Source of the DNA: an uncultured virus (IMG/VR IMGVR_UViG_3300027976_000013)
Lineage: Duplodnaviria > Heunggongvirae > Uroviricota > Caudoviricetes
Length of the DNA: 64,000 bases
Strand: one strand, 5' to 3'
Virus record (IMG/VR): IMGVR_UViG_3300027976_000013
A program made the position numbers and the translations under genes. Within the stretch, counting starts at the first letter, position 1. The number at the start of each line of letters is the position of its first letter. This document shows positions 21,223-29,494 of this stretch, in pieces. The notes beneath the pieces were generated by a model that was not told the DNA's origin, ran no database searches, and saw only the letters and a list, made by a program, of their open reading frames with translations.

Positions 21223-21564
21223 ATGAAAAGTAAAAGTGACAGTAAACTTGACGAACTTTGGCATGACAAAGAAGACCAGTGGATAGACGCCAGGAATGAG
21301 GCTCGTAGATGTTTCGACCTCTGCTTGATCGCTGATGAGCCTCAGCGGGTAGCGGCACTTAAGGCATTGAATAAGAGCCTTGCTTTGTCGATTCGCTTAC
21401 ACTCAGAATTTGATGAAGCACTTGCCAAAAGCAAGGCTTATATTTTGAATTCCGCTCAGGATGAACTTGACGCCGCCATCATCGAGGCACAAGGCGTTTT
21501 CAATAAGTCTTGTCTAATTGCCCGCAAGAAATATTACGATGCCAGTAATAATGGAGAAGATTGA
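21223..21564 (+). CDS. Helical hypothetical protein
   Basis: GAGG RBS; 113 aa. Confidence 0.55.
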   Translation: MKSKSDSKLDELWHDKEDQWIDARNEARRCFDLCLIADEPQRVAALKALNKSLALSIRLHSEFDEALAKSKAYILNSAQDELDAAIIEAQGVFNKSCLIARKKYYDASNNGED

Positions 21565-21568
21565 GTAA

Positions 21569-22108
21569 ATGAATACAGATAAGCCCGGTGACAAAGATTC
21601 ACGCTACGAAGCTGTAGTTTCCGCTGCGATATTTGCGGGTGAGGAATATGATAGCCAAGAAGTAGATAAAGAAGCACTTAAAAAGTTTCGATTAGCGCAC
21701 AAGACAATCTCGGATATCATGAGAGCGGACTACCTCGCATCGGATATTGCTCATGAGACCGCTAGGGCTGCATCTGCCGTTATCAGCCGCGACCTATTAC
21801 TGGCCGCAGCGGATGCATGTCGGAACGCCGAACTGGCTGCCGACGAGGCTTACGAGGCAGCGTGCGAAGAACTCAGGAAAGCGAACCCTAATCTCGAACA
21901 CTTCAGTACTTTGATAGCCGCAGAAAATGTGCGATTAAAAGAAGAAAATGATGACCATATGAGAAGGCGGGTTATAGACGCCAGACGAATTTTCAATCTA
22001 AAAAACGAGATCAAGGCCGGAGCAAAAGAACAGCAAAAGTGGGAAGACTTATTTAAGTATGAGCGCTCATTAAACAAAAACGGAGAGTCATCAGATGGAA
22101 CCTTATGA
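21569..22108 (+). CDS. Helical/coiled-coil hypothetical protein
   Basis: 179-aa ORF in operon arrangement. Confidence 0.6.
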   Translation: MNTDKPGDKDSRYEAVVSAAIFAGEEYDSQEVDKEALKKFRLAHKTISDIMRADYLASDIAHETARAASAVISRDLLLAAADACRNAELAADEAYEAACEELRKANPNLEHFSTLIAAENVRLKEENDDHMRRRVIDARRIFNLKNEIKAGAKEQQKWEDLFKYERSLNKNGESSDGTL

Positions 22109-22571
22109 TCCAGATTATCCCCAATATGACCCACGAGATGAGTCTCAACTTATTTCCTACAAAGACCCAGCTCTGCAAAAAGAGAATGAGATTTCGTGTT
22201 CCGAAACTTTCTCCCCCATTGAAGCATTCGCAAAAGAAGTAGCCGCCTACGCCTTGGCTTTTAAAAGCGACCAGACCGGCGCAGAGCGATACTTTTCGGG
22301 CCGTTTGGAAGATGTTGAATACCGAAAGGTTTACGATAATGTCGCAGCAGAGGAAGCGAGTAGGCTGCTGAAGATCGCATCAGACAATACCATTGTTGCC
22401 AAAGAGATATTGAAAATAGCAGAGACCGCTTTCGACCTCGCCTTATCTCAGTACCGTGAGTCGATTATATTTTTAGAGGAATCTGAGGATGTCGAAGCGT
22501 TCGACGAGTCTATGGCCGAAGATGGAGATAACATCCCCTTCTATGCTTGGGGAGATGAGGAACGACAATGA
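22095..22571 (+). CDS. Acidic hypothetical protein
   Basis: 158-aa ORF overlapping neighbours; GGAG RBS. Confidence 0.6.
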   Translation: MEPYDPDYPQYDPRDESQLISYKDPALQKENEISCSETFSPIEAFAKEVAAYALAFKSDQTGAERYFSGRLEDVEYRKVYDNVAAEEASRLLKIASDNTIVAKEILKIAETAFDLALSQYRESIIFLEESEDVEAFDESMAEDGDNIPFYAWGDEERQ

Positions 22572-23254
22572 CCACCGACGAAAAGGGAACCACCATGACA
22601 CCATCACTAAACATTGACACACTCACACTCGAAAAAGGCGCACACAAGTCACTAGAAGACGGCGCCTGTGTCCTTGAGGCTGTCGCTTTCATTGCAGGTG
22701 AGCCTTGGTCGGATCACCCTGAATGTGTTTCGCCTGTGATAGCAGCGTTTTTGCGCACATGGAATGACGATTCGGATGACGACCGACGGCAAGAATTGAA
22801 ACGTTACATTCAGCGTTTAGTCAATTCTGCGGGCACATCCGAGCAGGAAGAAACTCGCGCTTGGTTGGCTACCGATTGGCTTGTCAGGGTGCAAACCCCC
22901 GCATGGTTACGGCTCGCGGGACTCACTTCTCAGGCCGAAACTTTGGAATCGTTGCAGCCTGTCGATGCCGACAACTACCCAACGATTCTTCCAGTTTTGA
23001 AAGCGGTCCGCGAAAACGCGACTGCCGCTCAGGCTGCCGTTCGGGATGCCGCTGGGGTTGCCGCTCGGGATGCCGCTCAGGCTGCCGCTCAGGCTGCCGC
23101 TGGGGTTGCCGCTCAGGCTGCCGTTCGGGTTGCCGTTATGGTTGCCGCTCAGGTTGCCGCTCAGGATGCTCTCGCCCCCACGGTACTGGAACTTCGTGTC
23201 TCCGCCCACGATCTCGTTGATCGTATGCTCACCGTCACCGAAAGGAACCAATGA
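22568..23254 (+). CDS. Phage protein with G.H...GAC..EA...W.DHP.CV.P domain and Ala-rich tetrapeptide repeats
   Basis: Recurrent phage N-terminal motif; 12 x XAXX repeat. Confidence 0.7.
   Translation: MTTDEKGTTMTPSLNIDTLTLEKGAHKSLEDGACVLEAVAFIAGEPWSDHPECVSPVIAAFLRTWNDDSDDDRRQELKRYIQRLVNSAGTSEQEETRAWLATDWLVRVQTPAWLRLAGLTSQAETLESLQPVDADNYPTILPVLKAVRENATAAQAAVRDAAGVAARDAAQAAAQAAAGVAAQAAVRVAVMVAAQVAAQDALAPTVLELRVSAHDLVDRMLTVTERNQ
23021..23164 (+). repeat. 12 x 12-bp in-frame tandem repeat
   Basis: Units of the form GNT GCC GYT NNG (first unit ACT) encoding TAAQ AAVR DAAG VAAR DAAQ AAAQ AAAG VAAQ AAVR VAVM VAAQ VAAQ. Confidence 0.9.
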
Positions 23255-23728
23255 CGACTGTTAGACCTATCACAATCTCCGATCTACGGGCAGCAATCAT
23301 CAAAGGGTTTCTGTGGGCGAAAGCAAGTCCGTGCTGTGTGAAACTTACATCCGGCCAAAGGGCTTCTATCTGTTCAACCACGAAGGAGAACCGATGACTG
23401 ATAGCAGAACCTAAAACGTTGACAAACGAGCACGTTTCGGGTACCCCAAATACACACAACGCGTTTGATTCACAACCAACATTGAACAACAACCTCCCAT
23501 ACTAAAGGTTAATTACTAACCTTTAACAGGAATGATCATGCAGATAACACCACACACACCGTCCGAAACCGCCGTTTCGAGGTCAATGTGCACGATCGGC
23601 CACATGTCCGAAAAACCGGGCACAGGAGGTTAACGACACAGAATGTTAGCATTTCAAGACAACAATCTGCATCGTTAACCTCACTGTGCCACTGAGGTAT
23701 GTCGTTTCAATGATGTATTCGTCCCCAG

Positions 23729-23758
23729 TTGACAAGACATTCCCACTTTGTGTAAAGT
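23729..23758 (+). promoter_or_regulatory. Sigma70/HrdB-type promoter
   Basis: TTGACA-N18-TAAAGT upstream of GAGGGA RBS and ATG at 23784. Confidence 0.55.
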
Positions 23759-23783
23759 GTTGACAGAGAGAAAAGAGGGAACG

Positions 23784-24107
23784 ATGCCAAATAAACCGAA
23801 CGATGACTTTTCCGCAGAGATGTTCCTTGCTGACTTACAAAATATAAGACCAATCCCGATAGCCGACCTGTTAGCGTCAGGGGTTAACATTCATACCCCT
23901 ACAAAGTGCGCGGGGAAGTTCTGCACTATTCATAATCCTTCGGATCACCACATGAGAGACTGGCCTCAGTTTTGGCGCAATGATCGCCACATGATGGAAC
24001 GAATGTGTCCTCATGGTCAGGGACATCCCGACCCAGATGAAATTAACCCCGATAAGGTTCATGGGTGCGATGGAAGTTGTGTCACACCAATAGAAAATAA
24101 TCAGTGA
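23784..24107 (+). CDS. His/Cys-rich hypothetical protein
   Basis: H...C....C.IHNPSDHHM..WP..WR.D...MER.CPHG.GHPDPD; start chosen by RBS. Confidence 0.65.
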   Translation: MPNKPNDDFSAEMFLADLQNIRPIPIADLLASGVNIHTPTKCAGKFCTIHNPSDHHMRDWPQFWRNDRHMMERMCPHGQGHPDPDEINPDKVHGCDGSCVTPIENNQ

Positions 24108-25333
24108 TCGATAATCCACATTCCCCGAGAACTGTGGCATGATTCTCAGCGGGGGCAGCGTCGGCTGTCGCAACAAAACTTGTGATAGCTACCACCCCTG
24201 CAACCATAGCCTACACAAACCCTGGCTCCGAACATCCTGACAATGAACGATTTATATCTCAATGCGAAGAGTGGTTCGGCCAAGAAGTAATTCGATTAGG
24301 ATCAGCACGCTTCACCGATACTTGGGATGTGTGGGAAAAACGCCGCTTCATAGCTTCCCCGCTAGGGGCACCTTGCACCGCCGAACTTAAAAAGAGGGTT
24401 CGACAAGACTTTCAACGTCATGATGATCTCCAAGTTTTTGGTTACACGGTGGAAGAAAAGTTCCGGGCCGAAAGGTTTCGTGAACAAAATCCCGAAGTAA
24501 ATTTGATAACACCACTTATCGACGCAGGTCTGACGAAGTCAGACTGCTTAGCGATGATTGACCGTGCAGGAATCCCCCTCCCAGCGATGTACGCATTAGG
24601 CTACCAGAATAACAACTGCATAGGCTGCCCAAAAGGTGGCATCGGATACTGGAATAAAATTAGGATTGACTTTCCTGACACATTTCTGAGAATGTCGCTA
24701 CTAGAACGTGATATTGATGCTTCCGTCCTTCGAGCCAACGGAGAGAGCCTTTTCTTGGACGAACTTGACCCAGATCGCGGAAACCACGCTGACGAGCCAT
24801 CCTTCGAATGCTCATTGCTATGTTCTGTAGCCGAAGAGCACATGGAAGGGGAAAAAATAGCCAAACCTGCAATAAAAACGACCATCGAGCGTTTCGAGGA
24901 GAGGGTGGACAAGTCCGGGGATTGTTGGCTTTGGACTGGGTTCGTCAACACTGACGGCTATGGACAGTTTGGGGCATCCGGGAAGAAGGTGTATGCCCAT
25001 CAGTTTTCTTACGAGCTTTACATCGGGAAAATCCCAGAAGGCAAAAAGCTCATCCATAGTTGTCGGATTATGAATTGTGTGCGTCCAAAACATTTGGAAG
25101 CGGTTATTTGGAAAAAAACCACAAGACGTGGTGAGACTGGGAAGGCCAGCGGGGCTCAGATGCTGGCCAAAACTCACTGCCCACAAGATCACCCATATAA
25201 TGAAGAAAATACGTATCGCTATCCGAATGGCAGGCGGGAGTGCAGAATCTGCAGGGCCGAACATCAGCGTTTTCATCGAGCTGCGAGGCGTGCTATGATA
25301 ATAGAGTCTGCAGATATTAATGGGATGGCTTGA
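24104..25333 (+). pseudogene. PAPS-reductase-like (PP-loop) protein fused to an HNH endonuclease, interrupted by in-frame TGA at 24140-24142
   Basis: GTG at 24104 overlaps upstream TGA; frame reads RTVA*FSAGAASAVATKL; later NNNCIGCPKGG, ECSLLC, then CWLWTG..GYG..HLE..KTHCPQDHPY..CRIC. Confidence 0.7.
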
Positions 25334-25416
25334 TAAGATCGAAAACGCGGTCCCGACACTGTTGGCAAAACATGTCCTAAACTCCGCAATAAATGGAAAC
25401 ATGGTATAATAAAATT

Positions 25417-25854
25417 ATGACAAACCCATCGGATCGTGTCGAAACCTATATTACCAAAAATTCCCCCAAATGGATCAAGCGCATGGGGCTAAGCCACTGG
25501 GATATCGAACAGGTGTTCATCAACGCATATTTCGGGGATGACAATGGCGAAGACTTCAAAGTGACGGCGACTACTGAGACGAGATGGCAATACATGCAAG
25601 CCGTCATCAAATGGTACCTCCCATCAGCGGTCCGGCATGACAACGAGACACTCGAAAAGGTTTTGGTCCACGAATTATGCCATGTGCTCCTCGCCCCCGA
25701 GCAGGCACTAATCGACACCGAAATCATCCACTCAGCAAATCGGGGGAGATACGATGGGAACCAGCACGACGCACTCACCGAACGCAACTACGAACACCTT
25801 GAGCTTTCAACCGAACTGGTCACACGAGCCATCCTAAACGGCTGGAATCGCTAA
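25417..25854 (+). CDS. HEXXH zinc-metallopeptidase-like protein (leaderless)
   Basis: VHELCH; TGG-TATAAT-N6-ATG at 25402-25419. Confidence 0.6.
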   Translation: MTNPSDRVETYITKNSPKWIKRMGLSHWDIEQVFINAYFGDDNGEDFKVTATTETRWQYMQAVIKWYLPSAVRHDNETLEKVLVHELCHVLLAPEQALIDTEIIHSANRGRYDGNQHDALTERNYEHLELSTELVTRAILNGWNR

Positions 25855-25864
25855 AGGTCTTGTC

Positions 25865-26116
25865 ATGTCCGAACAGGAGTGGAGTTGGGTACTCTTCGTA
25901 TCAGAAATAGTCGGAGTCATCGGAGCATACCTCACAGGAAAACGAAAATGGTACGGCTGGGGCATAATCCTCGCATCATCATTCGCATGGTTCTCATACG
26001 CCATAATATTCAACAAACCCGCATTCATCGCAATAGTACTAATGCTATGGGTGGTGAATACCAAGAACATGGTAAACTGGTTCAAAGACGACAAAGGAAA
26101 AAAAGGAACCCCATGA
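25865..26116 (+). CDS. Small three-helix membrane protein (PnuC-fragment-like)
   Basis: WSWVL...G..G.YL.G..KW.GW hydrophobic pattern. Confidence 0.6.
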   Translation: MSEQEWSWVLFVSEIVGVIGAYLTGKRKWYGWGIILASSFAWFSYAIIFNKPAFIAIVLMLWVVNTKNMVNWFKDDKGKKGTP

Positions 26117-26358
26117 AAGTATGGATCGACCAAGACCTCTGCACAGGCGACGGGCTATGCGCAGAAATAGCGCCAGCAGTATTCGTAATGCTAGACGACG
26201 GACTCGCCTACGTAGTCGAAGGGGACAAAATCTTTGCCAAAGCCGAAGGCAACCCCGAAGGAGCCGAAGGTCTCGCCGAAATTCCAGAAAACCTCCTCAC
26301 AGCAGTAATCGAATCCGCCGAAGAATGCCCCGGCGAATGCATCTTCATCGAACCCTAA
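26113..26358 (+). CDS. Ferredoxin (single cluster, CxxDxxC...CP)
   Basis: MKVWIDQDLCTGDGLCAEIAP...AEECPGECI; AAGGA RBS, ATGA overlap. Confidence 0.9.
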   Translation: MKVWIDQDLCTGDGLCAEIAPAVFVMLDDGLAYVVEGDKIFAKAEGNPEGAEGLAEIPENLLTAVIESAEECPGECIFIEP

Positions 26359-26370
26359 AAGGATAAGCAA

Positions 26371-26727
26371 ATGAGCATCATGGAAATCAGAAACGCCCCA
26401 GCGCACATTATAAAAATCACCCACCCCGCCGTGAACAAGATCGCAGAACTACTGGCAAAAGAGAACGACAACCAGCTCGCCCTTCGAATCGCCGTAAAAC
26501 CTGGGGGATGCTCAGGAATGTCCTACGAGATATACTTCGACGCCGAAACAAACCCAGACGACCACCAAATCTCGCTCGGCACCATCAAAGTGCGAATCGA
26601 CCCAACCAGCGCCAACCACCTCGCCGGAGCAACACTCAACTACAAAGACGGCCTCCAAGATGCCGGATTCAGCATAGACAACCCAAACGCCCAAAGCTCA
26701 TGCGGATGCGGCGCCTCGTTCTCTTAA
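26371..26727 (+). CDS. A-type Fe-S cluster carrier (IscA/ErpA/HesB family)
   Basis: LRIAVKPGGCSGMSY ... F.IDNPNA..SCGCGASFS. Confidence 0.92.
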   Translation: MSIMEIRNAPAHIIKITHPAVNKIAELLAKENDNQLALRIAVKPGGCSGMSYEIYFDAETNPDDHQISLGTIKVRIDPTSANHLAGATLNYKDGLQDAGFSIDNPNAQSSCGCGASFS

Positions 26728-26872
26728 CAACATCATCATCATAAAAAATATTAAAATTTTGGCCAAACTTTAAACGTAAAATTTTGACAAACTCTAATAC
26801 ATTTTAAAACAAAACAAAAAAAAGCCAAACTTTAATACATTTTTCAACAAGGCTGCCCTGTAATTAGTTACC

Positions 26873-27144
26873 TGTGGATAAGTGTACATAACCTGTGCAT
26901 AACTACCTGACATCTGTGGATAAGTTTCTACATCTGTGGATAAGATTTCTGAATCTGTGGATAACTGCCCTGAAATTGTGGATAAGCTTTTTGTGAAATC
27001 TGTGGATAACTCTAAACATCTGTGGATAAGTTTCTGAATCTGTGGATAACTCTAAATATCTGTGGATAAGTTTCTGAATCTGTGGATAACTTGGGTTCCG
27101 AACCCAGATCTTATCCCCAAGGTTATCCACAGCCCTGTGGACAA
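26873..27144. repeat. Phased DnaA-box array
   Basis: TGTGGATAA at 26873, 26915, 26935, 26956, 26977, 27001, 27021, 27041, 27061, 27081; TGTGCATAA at 26894; then TTATCCCCA 27111, TTATCCACA 27123, TGTGGACAA 27136. Confidence 0.9.
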
Positions 27145-27176
27145 CAAGCATGGCCCATTGGGCTCTAGATTGCTCT

Positions 27177-27246
27177 CTAAGCGATTGGACCCCCATTAGT
27201 GCATTGCCATCCGCCTACCCCCTGCCGGGCCATTAGGGACGATCGG
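27177..27246. repeat. Conserved 70-nt element, copy A
   Basis: Near-identical to 28500-28569 and 29967-30036. Confidence 0.9.
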
Positions 27247-27550
27247 CCCCCATTGGGCGCTAGATTGCTCTCTAAGCGATCCGACCCACGGAATGGCGCT
27301 ACTATGGGACGATCGTCCGACGGCAGCGCTCATCGTCGTGAACCCCGTAAGCCTTTCGATCTTTGCTGGACTGGATTTTTCCCGCTTTAGGAACTCGGCG
27401 AAACCGGCTCGGGTATTTGCCTGGATCCAGTAGCCGGATGAGCCCAGAAAGAAATCTGGGATTTCTTTGCATTTACTCTAGACATCACCGGCGAATAGGA
27501 GTACGCTTCTCTTAGTGGCTCGGACGGGCCACAACGACAAAGGGGAAATC

Positions 27551-28036
27551 ATGAACATCAAACAGGAAGCAAAGAAAGCACTAATCGAAGCCAACATCCG
27601 ATGTGAAAACGCACAAGAAGCGTTCGAAGACGCCCAAGCCCATCTTTCCCATACTGAGCGAATGCTGCAGAGTGCATTAGTGGCTCAGATCGAAGCGGGC
27701 GACTACTACATGGACACTATTGCGTTTGACAATCTTCCAGCCGTAAACGTTCGGATCACCTCTGCCTACGACGAGGCTCGGGAGATCGTGGCGGGAACAA
27801 TTCGCCTTTTCCCGATCGAAGAAGGATTCCCGGAAGATGTCAGTACGGCAATCGGCTACGTGAAGGCTCGGGCCTTTCACGCAAATTACATCGAACAACG
27901 CTACGAAAATTTCGTAGCAGGCCTGCCGTCAGGGGCTTGCCCCATGACAGATGACGATCACGCCACATTTGCCGCATCCCAGTCGCTGGGTAGGATCGCC
28001 CGAGAAATGTCGGCGCTAGCCGGAATCCCGGGCTAG
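27551..28036 (+). CDS. Hypothetical protein (161 aa), own transcription unit
   Basis: AAGGGG RBS before ATG 27551; TAGACA...TACGCT promoter-like upstream; hairpin downstream. Confidence 0.7.
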   Translation: MNIKQEAKKALIEANIRCENAQEAFEDAQAHLSHTERMLQSALVAQIEAGDYYMDTIAFDNLPAVNVRITSAYDEAREIVAGTIRLFPIEEGFPEDVSTAIGYVKARAFHANYIEQRYENFVAGLPSGACPMTDDDHATFAASQSLGRIAREMSALAGIPG

Positions 28037-28047
28037 CCGGACGGCGA

Positions 28048-28069
28048 CCCCTCCCCGAAAGGGGAGGGG
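28048..28069 (+). terminator. GC hairpin with GAAA tetraloop
   Basis: CCCCTCCCC-GAAA-GGGGAGGGG 11 nt after stop. Confidence 0.65.
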
Positions 28070-28139
28070 CTTCGCCCTCCCAACCTACGGTTGGGTTGGT
28101 TGTTCCTTTAATGTCTGCGATCTGAAGGCGAGCACGGAT

Positions 28140-28301
28140 GCCCCGATTTGCCCTGCCCCACCACCTTACAGGTGGCCTATGATCTCATTGAATGTGCGCT
28201 GCCGTGAGGCGAAGCCCCGATTTGCCCTGCCCCACCACCTTACAGGTGGCCTATGATCTCATTGAATGTGCGCTGCCGTGAGGCGAAGCCCCGATTTGCC
28301 C
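28140..28301. repeat. 74-bp perfect tandem repeat (2 full copies + 14 bp)
   Basis: Units start at 28140, 28214, 28288 (GCCCCGATTTGCCC...). Confidence 0.92.
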
Positions 28302-28413
28302 CGAATTAGTCCTACGAATAGTGTGCGCCTCGCTCCAGCGAGGATCTCCGTCCGTTTGTCTGCCCTCCAAAGGTACGAGCCTTTTGGCGAGTACCTTTGT
28401 ATGCCTTTCAAGC

Positions 28414-28435
28414 TTATCCACAGGCCTGTGGATAA
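28414..28435. promoter_or_regulatory. Inverted DnaA-box pair
   Basis: Perfect palindrome TTATCCACA-GGCC-TGTGGATAA. Confidence 0.8.
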
Positions 28436-28499
28436 CTTTAATGCGCCTGGCTCTCGCTTCTGGCGCATCGCACTATCACGGCTCCCCCTTATTTGCGTT

Positions 28500-28569
28500 C
28501 TAAGCGATTGGACCCCCATTAGTGCACTGCTATCCGCCTACCCCCTGCCGGGCCATTAGGGACGATCGG
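28500..28569. repeat. Conserved 70-nt element, copy B
   Basis: Two differences from copy A. Confidence 0.9.
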
Positions 28570-28697
28570 CCTAAAATAACCAATCGGACCAAAGAAATAT
28601 GAGAAATATCAACTTTTTCGGCACAGAGGCTCATTCTGTGCTACGATTCTCTTAGTGAGTCGGGGAGTCTCCCCAACCACTCCACAAGGAGAAAAAA

Positions 28698-28970
28698 ATG
28701 ACCGACGAAATCATTTCCGCAGAAGAGGTATCAGTCTCCCCTCGAGGTCGGAAGGTTGAGATCAACCCAGAACTAGCGGCGATGCTAAAAAAACTTAAGG
28801 TTGGCCAAGCCGCTCGACTCACCTCGACCTTCGGGGAGGTTCCCAAGAACCACCGGGCCACCGTCTCGTCCGTGATTCGCAAACACTGGCGGCATGTGCG
28901 CGAGGACGACCTTCGCATCGACTACACCGCCGAAGGAGTTCCTCAGATCCGGGTTCGGGACCGTATGTAA
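28698..28970 (+). CDS. 90-aa basic protein, copy 1 (putative DNA-binding)
   Basis: AAGGAG RBS; TGC-TACGAT extended -10; two paralogues nearby. Confidence 0.88.
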   Translation: MTDEIISAEEVSVSPRGRKVEINPELAAMLKKLKVGQAARLTSTFGEVPKNHRATVSSVIRKHWRHVREDDLRIDYTAEGVPQIRVRDRM

Positions 28971-28992
28971 AAAATCCAGTCCAGCAAAGATC

Positions 28993-29025
28993 GAAAGGCT
29001 CCCGGCTCCCCTCCGGGAGCCTTTC
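28993..29025 (+). terminator. Hairpin terminator (identical copy at 30472-30504)
   Basis: GAAAGGCTCCCGG-N7-CCGGGAGCCTTTC. Confidence 0.7.
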
Positions 29026-29171
29026 ACGTTCTCCAGGTGCGCCTCGCTCCAGCGAGGATCTCCGTCCGTTTGTCTGCCCTTAATCTTCGTAGGGTGCTTG
29101 CACGTCGCTGGAGTATGTGATCTAATGGACACCAAGACCGGAAACTCCGGTACCACAAAGAGGAATGAAAC

Positions 29172-29348
29172 ATGGAAACACTAATCGTCCTAGTCGGATA
29201 CGGGCTCACGTCGTTCCTTTCAGGAATGGCAGTGCAGGCCGTCATCGAATGGCACATGGTTACCAAGATCGCCATTCAGCACCAAGAGCGCATTGAGCGC
29301 CTAGTGAAGCAGGAATGGGCGCTCATCGACATCGAGCGAACCCGATGA
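29172..29348 (+). CDS. 58-aa membrane-anchored peptide (not in ORF track)
   Basis: METLIVLVGYGLTSFLSGMAVQAVIEWH...ERTR; GAGGA RBS; TTGCAC...TGA-TCTAAT promoter; repeat hairpin right after stop. Confidence 0.7.
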   Translation: METLIVLVGYGLTSFLSGMAVQAVIEWHMVTKIAIQHQERIERLVKQEWALIDIERTR

Positions 29349-29494
29349 CAAGTGAGAGCCTCGCTCCAGCGGGGCTCTCCGTCCGTTTGTCTGCCCTTAG
29401 AATTAGGACCAGGAAATGCGTCAAGATTGAATCTGTGATCTAATACAAACCGGTGCGGGAACCTCCCGCTCCACAAAAGCAAGGGGAACAAAAA

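Noticed and set aside
23021..23164. Diversity-generating retroelement variable region
   Set aside because: No reverse transcriptase or template repeat in the window; the pattern is tandem and not adenine-specific
24140..24142. Genome-wide UGA=Trp recoding
   Set aside because: TGA ends many genes with ATGA/GTGA overlaps, and long genes use TGG without internal TGA
26873..27089. 20-bp periodic repeat as a mini-CRISPR array or coding repeat (ORF 26903-27196)
   Set aside because: The spacers are only ~11 nt and themselves repetitive; the ORF's recurring LIHR/LSTD/YPQ words are just DnaA boxes read in rotating frames
26750..27150. Host chromosomal oriC (contamination or prophage boundary)
   Set aside because: No dnaA, dnaN, rpmH or gyrB nearby, and both flanks have phage-like gene organisation
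28140..28301. Hammerhead or other self-cleaving ribozyme in the 74-bp repeat
   Set aside because: No CUGANGA...GAAA core or clear HDV/twister pairing found by eye
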